The notes below the pieces were generated by a model that did no database searches, was not told where the DNA came from, and saw nothing but the letters and a program-made list of their open reading frames with translations. Source: a virus (lineage: Duplodnaviria > Caudoviricetes). From it: DNA of 54,042 bases. How positions within the stretch are numbered: position 1 is the first letter of the stretch; each line of letters begins with the position of its first letter. The stretch covers positions 1-54,042 of the IMG/VR virus record IMGVR_UViG_3300032272_000017, one strand, 5' to 3'. Positions 45,983 through 52,627 of this stretch are shown here, one piece after another. A program made the translations under genes and the position numbers.

Positions 45983-46604
45983 AAATTCCCTGCAGTGCCT
46001 CGGCGACGTCGTCGTGTGAGTAATGGTCTTGCTGGATGATTGTATGCTTTCTGTGACAATTCGCGCAAATGACACGACACTTACGAATTTCTTGTCGAAG
46101 CCTCTCGCTTGCCCAACTATAACCGTCGGAGAGGAGTTTTCCGACCTTATCGAACTTCTGAGACGGGTCAATGTGATCAAACTCCAAAACGCGTGGGTCG
46201 CGCGTGCCACAGTCGCAGCAACCTTTCTCGGCCACGTATTCGAGCGCTTTAATCCGGACTGCTCGACGCGCTTTGCGCTTATATGATGCGGCATCTGATC
46301 TGATATCAGCGGCTGTCCTTTTGCGAGCCCTCTTTCTAGGCTTTCGAACAGGCTGGAAGTCCGGGTCGACCTCGACAGCATTAGGTGCCCTGAGGCATTC
46401 CTTACAATCTTTTCTGTATCGCTTTGGATCGGCGGCACGTTTTTTCCTCCAGTTTCCTTGGAAAGAGAAATCTGCGAAACGCTTGGTAACACCGCACGTC
46501 GCGCATTCCTTGAAGTTGTGGAACTTATCTAGATGCTTCTGGCGCGGCGGCTTCGCCGAACCCCGGCCGTACTTTATCTTCGGTGCATCCGTAGATGAAG
46601 TCAT
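45957..46604 (-). CDS. HNH endonuclease with N-terminal Zn finger
   Basis: KECATC..CKEC; CCDCG..DPRVLEFDHIDP ... EIRKCRVICANCHRKH. Confidence 0.88.
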   Translation of the reverse strand: MTSSTDAPKIKYGRGSAKPPRQKHLDKFHNFKECATCGVTKRFADFSFQGNWRKKRAADPKRYRKDCKECLRAPNAVEVDPDFQPVRKPRKRARKRTAADIRSDAASYKRKARRAVRIKALEYVAEKGCCDCGTRDPRVLEFDHIDPSQKFDKVGKLLSDGYSWASERLRQEIRKCRVICANCHRKHTIIQQDHYSHDDVAEALQGIYDRYDIKR

Positions 46605-46611
46605 TAGGGGC

Positions 46612-46911
46612 TTATTTACCGGCTTTCTGATACGTTATTGCTTCCGTCGCGTCTCGACGTATCTGTGCAGCTGGTGAGTACTCACGCCACAGTTCGAGTA
46701 GTAGGTTCATTGGGTGCTGATCCGCAGCATACGCAAAGAACATCTTCGCTGTGTGACCCTGCATCTGAAACGGCCAGATCTTATAGACGTAGTCGCCTGC
46801 TGCGAGCATGTCGCCCTCAGACTCTGGAACGATGCGGACGTTGCCCGCTTCCGGACCACCCACGAACAGTATTTTGTTACCGTTCCTTATGTTTTTCGTG
46901 TTCTCAGCCAT
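46612..46911 (-). CDS. hypothetical protein (FVGGP motif)
   Basis: ORF track; RBS. Confidence 0.7.
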   Translation of the reverse strand: MAENTKNIRNGNKILFVGGPEAGNVRIVPESEGDMLAAGDYVYKIWPFQMQGHTAKMFFAYAADQHPMNLLLELWREYSPAAQIRRDATEAITYQKAGK

Positions 46912-46920
46912 TAGCCCTTC

Positions 46921-47136
46921 CTATAGAACAGGGTCTTCATCAAATAACGCCTCTATGTAATCGTGAGGAATGATATTTTCCGGGTCTGCGTCGTGGTATG
47001 CACCCATCAACTCCATCAGCGAGTCGCCTTCGAAGTCGATGCTCTGGTACATGAACCTCAGGAATTGTAACTCAGTCACTAAGTCACTAGATAACGCAGT
47101 CAGGAGGAGGTCGTCCGTTTTATTCGGCTTCGACAT
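46921..47136 (-). CDS. acidic hypothetical protein
   Basis: GGAG RBS before ATG 47136. Confidence 0.65.
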   Translation of the reverse strand: MSKPNKTDDLLLTALSSDLVTELQFLRFMYQSIDFEGDSLMELMGAYHDADPENIIPHDYIEALFDEDPVL

Positions 47137-47311
47137 ACTGACACTCCGTCTGCAGTGCAACCAGCTTGCCGAAGCCAGTGCTGTCTGGACGTGCCCAAGT
47201 CGCGTGAATCTGGTCCTCGGCTTGGTGACACTGTTCTAACGTGTCGAAGTCACTTTGTGACTCAGTGACTCCGTTCGAAGTGACTAAGTAAACGTATAAG
47301 ATCCATTTCAT
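47120..47311 (-). CDS. 63-aa hypothetical protein (MKWILYVYLV ... FDTLEQC)
   Basis: GGAGG RBS; internal ATG of ORF 47120..47503. Confidence 0.7.
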   Translation of the reverse strand: MKWILYVYLVTSNGVTESQSDFDTLEQCHQAEDQIHATWARPDSTGFGKLVALQTECQYVEAE

Positions 47312-47448
47312 GTTCTTCCTCCAATCTGTGGCATCAGCCACCCTTTGTGTACCCATCGCAGTCGTAGGCCGGGGCCTTTCATCAGCCACATCACCCGACA
47401 GCGTCCATCGGGGTGTGGGGGGTTGATCCTCGTTGTTAATGCTTTCAT
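47308..47448 (-). CDS. 46-aa hypothetical protein, first gene of the leftward arm, not in ORF track
   Basis: AAGGAG RBS; ends with an ATGA overlap on the next gene. Confidence 0.6.
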   Translation of the reverse strand: MKALTTRINPPHPDGRCRVMWLMKGPGLRLRWVHKGWLMPQIGGRT

Positions 47449-47474
47449 ATGATAGCTCCTTTTCGTACTGAGCT

Positions 47475-47550
47475 ATAGTACGACTATATGAGCTATGAAA
47501 CAAGCTTTCTTAGTGAATTTTGCTAAAAAATAATTTTTCAAAATAATATA
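47475..47550 (-). promoter_or_regulatory. leftward sigma70-like promoter TTGTTT-17-TACTAT with AT-rich UP region
   Basis: -10 at 47475-47480, -35 at 47498-47503, A/T tracts upstream; GAGCTAT repeated three times nearby. Confidence 0.55.
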
Positions 47551-47594
47551 GACAGTCAGGGGGTTGGGTAGGTACTAAGTGACTCCGTCACCAA

Positions 47595-47705
47595 GTCACT
47601 CAGTGATTAAATTCAACGCTACCCTGTCAGATCTTCAAACCGTCTCACGATCAAGGAACCTTCCTAGTCTGACAGATTGATGGTACGCGTTGATCACTGA
47701 GTGAC
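47595..47705. repeat. large imperfect inverted repeat (~37-nt arms)
   Basis: GTCACTCAGTGAT..TCAACGC.TACC.CTGTCAGA versus TCTGACAG..GGTA.GCGTTGA.TCACTGAGTGAC. Confidence 0.75.
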
Positions 47706-47806
47706 GCAGTGACTAAGTGACGTAGTTACGCAGTTACTTAGTAGCTGACCCTGCGCACTGCAGGACAGCACAATAAAATCCACGCTCAATACATTACCAA
47801 TTATCA

Positions 47807-47866
47807 ATCGAGGTCTGACGACCTCGGTGCCCAGTGAGAGTATACCTTTCATAGTTATCACTGGAG
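47807..47866 (+). repeat. early leader module copy 1 (partial hairpin, expanded second stem)
   Basis: ATCGAGGTC-TGAC-GACCTCGGTGCCC, then CCAGTGA...TCACTGG-AG. Confidence 0.7.
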
Positions 47867-47873
47867 ATCCATC

Positions 47874-48116
47874 ATGTTAAACGTACTTAAGAACGCACTG
47901 ATCTACACCGGCTTTTACTTTCTTATTACCACTATCGTCTTCTGGACGATCTTCTTCGTACACGTAGCTGTTCTCGTGTTCTGGAAGCCTATGCTGGTTA
48001 TCTTCGCCATCCTGGTCCTAATCTTCACTTGGGACATGCTGGCCGCTAAGAAGGTGTTCAACCTTCCAGACGGTTCTGAACTTTATGCTCGCATCAAGGC
48101 AGAACGCAACATCTAA
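47874..48116 (+). CDS. early membrane protein (two TM)
   Basis: GGAG RBS; hydrophobic. Confidence 0.75.
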   Translation: MLNVLKNALIYTGFYFLITTIVFWTIFFVHVAVLVFWKPMLVIFAILVLIFTWDMLAAKKVFNLPDGSELYARIKAERNI

Positions 48117-48120
48117 CCTA

Positions 48121-48146
48121 AAGGGGCCTCGTGCCCCTTTTCGTTT
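48121..48146 (+). terminator. possible intrinsic terminator
   Basis: AAGGGGC-ctcgt-GCCCCTT followed by TTCGTTT. Confidence 0.55.
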
Positions 48147-48175
48147 GTCATATCATTCACCACCGGAGAATCCGC

Positions 48176-48457
48176 ATGACTATTCATCACTATCGGCTCA
48201 TCAAAACCGACGACATCCTCAGCGGCCCTGTAGATTACAGCACCCCTGTGGGCAACACTGCAGTTTTCATCTGCAGCAAAACAGTTCGCAGCGCTATCGA
48301 ATCTTCTAAGCCGAAGACGAAGAAGTTCACTGCTAACCTCAAACACAACCGAAAGTGGCTGGACAAATTCAACACTTTCACCGACGCAAATCCCGACTTC
48401 GTCGTTTACAAGAAAGCAAAATCCGGCATGTGGTACGCACAAGCCGTGTTCCTGTAA
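48176..48457 (+). CDS. basic hypothetical early protein
   Basis: GGAG RBS; internal ATG of ORF 48131..48457. Confidence 0.75.
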   Translation: MTIHHYRLIKTDDILSGPVDYSTPVGNTAVFICSKTVRSAIESSKPKTKKFTANLKHNRKWLDKFNTFTDANPDFVVYKKAKSGMWYAQAVFL

Positions 48458-48492
48458 ACGCTCGAAAAGAGCGTCACAAAAATCTCGACTTT

Positions 48493-48547
48493 GGGTATCA
48501 AGATCTTACGATCTTGGTGCCCTATTCGAGTGAACAATCAAAAGGAG
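48493..48547 (+). repeat. early leader module copy 2
   Basis: GGGTATCAAGATC-TTAC-GATCTTGGTGCCC ... GTGAACAATCA-AAAGGAG. Confidence 0.9.
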
Positions 48548-48553
48548 CATCTC

Positions 48554-48757
48554 GTGTTCATTTTAACAACAACGCAACAACTGCCCGGACTCTTCGGCCT
48601 CGTGTGGTACACACGACAAGTAGAGCTGGGCACTTTCGAAACCTGGAACGACGCAGTCGGCTACGCCTTCAATGTCTGCAAGTTCCAACACGACTACGAA
48701 TTCACTGTTACTCATAAGCAAGGAGAACCATCGTGCCAAACGTACGCTTCGCAGTAA
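48554..48757 (+). CDS. hypothetical early protein
   Basis: GTG 6 nt after the module SD. Confidence 0.65.
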   Translation: MFILTTTQQLPGLFGLVWYTRQVELGTFETWNDAVGYAFNVCKFQHDYEFTVTHKQGEPSCQTYASQ

Positions 48758-48894
48758 TCGACCTTGACTCTAACGAGCCAATGGTCGCCTTCGACTCTAT
48801 CGACGACGCCGAAGAATGTCGTCAAGAGTTCTCTCAACAAGATATCGCCACTATCGTCGACACAATCGATGATAGCCTGGGATATCGGCTCTAA
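48733..48894 (+). CDS. 53-aa acidic early protein, not in ORF track
   Basis: AAGGAG RBS plus GTG; MPNVRFAVIDLDSNEPMVAFDSIDDAEECRQEFSQQDIATIVDTIDDSLGYRL. Confidence 0.7.
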   Translation: MPNVRFAVIDLDSNEPMVAFDSIDDAEECRQEFSQQDIATIVDTIDDSLGYRL

Positions 48895-48903
48895 CCAACC
48901 ACG

Positions 48904-48958
48904 GGGTATCAAGGTCTTACGACCTTGGTGCCCTGTAGTTGTGAACAATCACAAGGAG
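48904..48958 (+). repeat. early leader module copy 3
   Basis: GGGTATCAAGGTC-TTAC-GACCTTGGTGCCC ... TTGTGAACAATCACAAGGAG. Confidence 0.9.
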
Positions 48959-48980
48959 AAACACCATCGCAAACCGTAAC

Positions 48981-49364
48981 GTGGAGACGTACTCAAAAGC
49001 TGACTTCCCTCACATGATCGGCGACGATCCCGTGAGTGACCTCAAGGTCATGCAGTCAGCTGCCGGCTACTACATCGGTCGCTCCTACTTCGATACCGAA
49101 TACGGCTTCGAAGGTCCTTACTCTCGCGAGTCAGGCTACATGACCCAGGCCGAGGCCGAGATGTCACTTGCCAGCAACTTCCCAGTTCGCGATTGCATCG
49201 AGAACAACGCCCTCTACGAGTCTGGCGAACTACCTCATCCTCATCAGACTGATGACGACGAGGAACGCAACCTCGCCCAAGAAGAGTTTCATGCTTGGCA
49301 GCAAGCCAGCATTGAGGAAGAGGAAGCTCAATACGACTCAGAGTGGGGCGACATCCCGTTTTAG
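48981..49364 (+). CDS. acidic early protein (SAAGYYIG..PYSRES) with SSB-like C-terminus DIPF
   Basis: ORF track; true start may be the in-frame ATC at 48966. Confidence 0.8.
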   Translation: METYSKADFPHMIGDDPVSDLKVMQSAAGYYIGRSYFDTEYGFEGPYSRESGYMTQAEAEMSLASNFPVRDCIENNALYESGELPHPHQTDDDEERNLAQEEFHAWQQASIEEEEAQYDSEWGDIPF

Positions 49365-49373
49365 TCATCACAC

Positions 49374-49427
49374 AGGTATCCGGGGCTCACGCCCCGGGTG
49401 CCTATTTCGCGTGAACAATCACAGGAG
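49374..49427 (+). repeat. early leader module copy 4
   Basis: AGGTATCCGGGGC-TCAC-GCCCCGGGTGCCT ... GTGAACAATCACAGGAG. Confidence 0.9.
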
Positions 49428-49435
49428 TAAACATT

Positions 49436-49729
49436 ATGGACATGGTTCTTCAGGGCTTTTTCGCAGCTGCAACTGTTCTTTACCTTTGCAGCTACATCGG
49501 CTTTCGCCGCATCTTCGCATACGCGTTCATCCTGGACCTCGCCGTTACCGGTGGGTTCATCTACATGTTCGCCGGCAGCTACGCTGGCATGATGACTGGC
49601 GTCATCGCCGGCTTGATCTTCTCTGCCACCCTGCGCATCGGTCGTCGCCTCTTCGGCGTCGAACGCGTGCGCTTCATCCGCGGCTACGGTCGCATACTCC
49701 CAACCATGTGTTGGGTACGGAGCAAGTAA
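49436..49729 (+). CDS. early membrane protein (3 TM)
   Basis: MFAGSYAGMMTGVIAGL; module SD. Confidence 0.8.
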   Translation: MDMVLQGFFAAATVLYLCSYIGFRRIFAYAFILDLAVTGGFIYMFAGSYAGMMTGVIAGLIFSATLRIGRRLFGVERVRFIRGYGRILPTMCWVRSK

Positions 49730-49872
49730 TGGACATCGACGAAACTCGTTGGTTAATGCACCACTTCGAGCCTGACGAGCTCGAACGACAGAGCATCAAC
49801 ACCACCATCGAGGTCTTGAAGACCTCGTTCGTGGTACTGCTCGCTTTCATCATCATCCCCCTTGCAGCATAA
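49729..49872 (+). CDS. 47-aa protein with C-terminal TM
   Basis: TAATG overlap with the upstream stop. Confidence 0.6.
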   Translation: MDIDETRWLMHHFEPDELERQSINTTIEVLKTSFVVLLAFIIIPLAA

Positions 49873-49882
49873 GGAGCATCAC

Positions 49883-50194
49883 ATGCGTTATGCAATCTAC
49901 AACTTTGCAACTGGTGAGCGCACCGAAGAGATGGCTCGTTCCATCATCGAGGTCGTTCTCAACCCTGACACGCAGTGCCGCGTTACACAGGCAAGCACAG
50001 TCATGGACGAACGCCATCTCGGCACCGAATGGCAGTGTGACCACTGCTTGCCACCCGAGGAGTGCGTGCATTGCAACCCTGCATTCCGCTATGCGGAAAT
50101 GGAGACTTGCGACACATGCTGCCCGTACCCACACGAGGGTACGACATGGCATGTCAATGGCGTCTGCGCCAAGTGTGGCACTTCCGACTACTAG
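49883..50194 (+). CDS. Cys/His-rich Zn-binding early protein
   Basis: AAGGAG RBS; CDHC, CVHC, CDTC, CAKC. Confidence 0.75.
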   Translation: MRYAIYNFATGERTEEMARSIIEVVLNPDTQCRVTQASTVMDERHLGTEWQCDHCLPPEECVHCNPAFRYAEMETCDTCCPYPHEGTTWHVNGVCAKCGTSDY

Positions 50195-50200
50195 CAACAT

Positions 50201-50258
50201 GGGTATCACGGTCTCACGACCGTGGTGCCCTGCTTTTGTGGACAATCACCAACTGGAG
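50201..50258 (+). repeat. early leader module copy 5
   Basis: GGGTATCACGGTC-TCAC-GACCGTGGTGCCC ... GTGGACAATCAC...GGAG. Confidence 0.9.
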
Positions 50259-50264
50259 TATGTT

Positions 50265-50564
50265 ATGAACCATTACAAAGTCACGTTACGCGTCGAGCGT
50301 TACAAGATTCTCGTCATCAAGCTCATTCGCGCTATCAACCTTTGGGGTCTCAAAGAGTCCAAAGACTTCGTTGAGCGCGAGTTCACGTTCGATACGTACA
50401 TGACAGACCACGCGGTCTTCAACGTCACGGTCAACGTCGAGCAGCTTGGGCGTATCGCTCACTTCGTCACCAACGACAACCGAGCCTGGATCACGCACTC
50501 AGAGCTGCTGTATCCAGAGGACGTTGACGTCTTTGACTTCACTGATGCCCCTCAAGGGCATTAG
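50265..50564 (+). CDS. ribosomal protein bL12 (L7/L12) C-terminal-domain-like protein
   Basis: YKVTL....YKILVIKLIRAINLWGLKESKDFVE versus the L7/L12 motif [24 protein letters not shown]. Confidence 0.7.
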   Translation: MNHYKVTLRVERYKILVIKLIRAINLWGLKESKDFVEREFTFDTYMTDHAVFNVTVNVEQLGRIAHFVTNDNRAWITHSELLYPEDVDVFDFTDAPQGH

Positions 50565-50571
50565 CCGCATT

Positions 50572-50626
50572 GGGTATCAAGGTTTCACAACCTTGGTGCC
50601 CATTTTGCGTGAACAATCACAAGGAG
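50572..50626 (+). repeat. early leader module copy 6
   Basis: GGGTATCAAGGTT-TCAC-AACCTTGGTGCCC ... GTGAACAATCACAAGGAG. Confidence 0.9.
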
Positions 50627-50632
50627 AAAGAT

Positions 50633-50986
50633 ATGCGTTTGATTATAGCTGGTGGCCGTGACTTCACGGACATCAAACTTATGACAGCCAAGCTGGATGT
50701 CCTGCTCAGTAAGACTGATGATGATCCGATAACAATCATCAGTGGTACTGCCCGTGGCGCCGACCAGACTGGTGAGGTCTATGCACGCATCAGGAACTTG
50801 GCCGTTGAGCACTACCCCGCTCAGTGGAACAAGTATGGTAAGAGCGCGGGCTACAAGCGCAACGCTCTGATGGCTGACACAGCCACTCACTGTGTGGTGT
50901 TCTGGGACGGTCAGTCCAAGGGCTCCAAACACATGATCGATCTAGCTCAAGCAAAAGGCTTAGAGCTGCGGATCGTGAGGTACTGA
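50633..50986 (+). CDS. DUF2493 / YspA-like SLOG-family protein
   Basis: MRLIIAGGRDF, IISGTARGAD, YGKSAGYKRN..MA, FWDGQSKGSKHMI. Confidence 0.88.
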   Translation: MRLIIAGGRDFTDIKLMTAKLDVLLSKTDDDPITIISGTARGADQTGEVYARIRNLAVEHYPAQWNKYGKSAGYKRNALMADTATHCVVFWDGQSKGSKHMIDLAQAKGLELRIVRY

Positions 50987-50987
50987 T

Positions 50988-51296
50988 ATGTACGACATCA
51001 AAGTCGTTAATAAGAGGTGGAGCCTGGAACATGGCGGCGAGTACGTTGGTCGTCCGTCAGTTCTTGGCAACCCATTCGCCATCGGCAGAGATGGTACTCG
51101 CGAGGAAGTCATCGCGAAGTACCGCCGGTGGCTCTGGGAACAAGTCCAGCAAGCTGGACCCGTGCTGTGGGAGCTTGATCGGCTGGCCGAGAAGCTCGTT
51201 ACACAGCGTGGTCTTACCTTGGTGTGCTGGTGCGCACCCAAGGCTTGTCATGCAGATGTCATTGCATCTGCCATTGAATGGAGGAACTCACCATGA
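50988..51296 (+). CDS. DUF4326 domain protein
   Basis: YVGRPSVLGNPF..G.DGTREEVIAKY, LVCWCAPKACHADV. Confidence 0.9.
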   Translation: MYDIKVVNKRWSLEHGGEYVGRPSVLGNPFAIGRDGTREEVIAKYRRWLWEQVQQAGPVLWELDRLAEKLVTQRGLTLVCWCAPKACHADVIASAIEWRNSP

Positions 51297-51562
51297 GTTT
51301 TAGATGGTTAACAAGTAAAGATAACCGTGACCTCGGTGTATGGCTCGATCGCGATAGAGACGGTGAGGTCAAGCCTACCGGCTTTATAGTTGATCGGATC
51401 TCTACACTGGAGATCGACGACATGATGCCTGACTTTGAGGTCAAGGTCGCTTCAGATACTCCCTATGGGCGTGCCTTGTATCAGGAGTTGCTTCCTTTGA
51501 AGCAATCCAAAGATACAACACATGTCCCATGCAACTGTGACAACTGTGAGAGGTACTGGTAA
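51293..51562 (+). CDS. hypothetical protein with C-terminal HxxCxCxxC
   Basis: GGAGG RBS, ATGA overlap. Confidence 0.7.
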   Translation: MSFRWLTSKDNRDLGVWLDRDRDGEVKPTGFIVDRISTLEIDDMMPDFEVKVASDTPYGRALYQELLPLKQSKDTTHVPCNCDNCERYW

Positions 51563-51798
51563 TGGTAGAAGAAAACACCTTGGGCTCGTTAGTCGAAGAG
51601 TCCCGCATCGAAGAGCGTGAATTGCTCATCGAGCTTAGCGAGATGTCAGACTCGCAACTGTCCTACGCTCTAGAGCGTGAACAGGTCATGTACGACTCAT
51701 TGTGTAGTGATTACTGCACAGCAGGTGAGACGTACCAGCCGGCAGAATCTCGCCGGCTTTGGATGATGCAGAAGTGCGTCATGATGCGCTTGCGTTAA
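51562..51798 (+). CDS. hypothetical protein
   Basis: TAATG overlap. Confidence 0.7.
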   Translation: MVEENTLGSLVEESRIEERELLIELSEMSDSQLSYALEREQVMYDSLCSDYCTAGETYQPAESRRLWMMQKCVMMRLR

Positions 51799-51805
51799 GT
51801 GCAAA

Positions 51806-51860
51806 GGGTATCGAGGTCTTACGACCTCGGTGCCCGCTTCGCGTGAACAATCACAAGGAG
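51806..51860 (+). repeat. early leader module copy 7
   Basis: GGGTATCGAGGTC-TTAC-GACCTCGGTGCCC ... GTGAACAATCACAAGGAG. Confidence 0.9.
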
Positions 51861-51866
51861 AACGTC

Positions 51867-51992
51867 ATGTTGGAACTGTTAGGTTTAATGCTGTGGTACA
51901 TCTTGTGCTACATCGCAGGTTACATGCTGGGCTTGGCTCTCGCCGAATGGATCACCCGAACATACCCAGAAGGTATCTTCAGTGACCTGTAG
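51867..51992 (+). CDS. 41-aa single-TM peptide
   Basis: ATG 6 nt after the module SD. Confidence 0.65.
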   Translation: MLELLGLMLWYILCYIAGYMLGLALAEWITRTYPEGIFSDL

Positions 51993-52071
51993 TAAGGGGT
52001 GTTCATTCCCCCAATGTTACATCCCATGTGCTAAGGGTTGTCCTAAGCACACCAACGACAAGGAGAATGTC

Positions 52072-52557
52072 GTGTTAAAGAACGAAAGTAAGTTAACCAA
52101 ATGGAGCCTGGGTATCCTTGCGATCATCCTTACGCTCTACTTCATGGAGCCGGCTCGCGCTGAGACTACCGTGGACGCGATTGTAGATAACTACATCGCC
52201 GACACGTCTGGTTTCGGGTTTTTGGTCGTTGGTGCTGGCCTTGAGAACTATGTCTACGCATACGCGTATGCGATAGCCAATGCGAAGTATGAGGCTGGTT
52301 TGTTGGACAACGTGGACGACCTCGCAACTACGACTTTCAATCTCAGTAAGTATTTGCTGACGTGTGATGCCATAGAAGGCTCACGCGGAGAAGTTGTGAG
52401 ACGTTGGGTGTTGTACGCCAATGACTTGGAAGACACGTCTACTATGACATACACCACTGGCATCATGCACTTCATGACTCACCAGTGTGGTGACGAACTA
52501 GACGCAGTTGCTAATTGGATATTCTCGGACACAACGACAGGAGGTGAAACGTCATAG
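52072..52557 (+). CDS. exported protein with signal peptide (PARA|E)
   Basis: AAGGAG RBS plus GTG; basic N-terminus, hydrophobic core, AxA cleavage site. Confidence 0.75.
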   Translation: MLKNESKLTKWSLGILAIILTLYFMEPARAETTVDAIVDNYIADTSGFGFLVVGAGLENYVYAYAYAIANAKYEAGLLDNVDDLATTTFNLSKYLLTCDAIEGSRGEVVRRWVLYANDLEDTSTMTYTTGIMHFMTHQCGDELDAVANWIFSDTTTGGETS

Positions 52558-52564
52558 GTAAACA

Positions 52565-52621
52565 CGAGCCGGGTCTTACGACCCGGGTGCTCGGAGAAAT
52601 TGGAGTCATCACCAGAAGGAG
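52565..52621 (+). repeat. early leader module copy 8 (degenerate)
   Basis: CCGGGTC-TTAC-GACCCGGGTGCTC ... ATCAC..AAGGAG. Confidence 0.65.
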
Positions 52622-52627
52622 TAACGT

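Larger units (their letters stand above)
47070..47743. repeat. four clusters of 8-bp-periodic ACNNAGTN repeats (47070-47101, 47252-47290, 47574-47605, 47696-47743)
   Basis: For example actgagtg acgcagtg actaagtg acgtagtt acgcagtt acttagta. Confidence 0.8.

Noticed and set aside
9781-47239. Numerous + strand ORFs opposite the late genes (e.g. 14000..14809, 32659..33429, 26396..27049)
   Set aside because: Antisense shadows of real genes, with no RBS or recognisable motifs.
48939-48954. TGTGA-N-TCACA as a CRP site
   Set aside because: The spacer is 4 nt rather than the 6 required, and the outer T/A is not kept in other copies.
48491-50632. Similar N-terminal peptides MGIK...WCP..VNNHKE in several track ORFs
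   Set aside because: These are translations of the repeated leader module; the real starts follow the SD inside the module.
48493-51860. Early hairpins as intrinsic terminators or N4-type vRNAP hairpin promoters
   Set aside because: No consistent U-tract follows the stems. N4 promoters are short stems with 3-nt loops, and no virion RNAP is evident.
47807-52621. Early repeats as a CRISPR array or integron attC cassettes
   Set aside because: Intervals are roughly 370-1230 bp of protein-coding genes, not 30-40-nt spacers. No cas or integrase gene is in the window, and there are no RYYYAAC/GTTRRRY ends.
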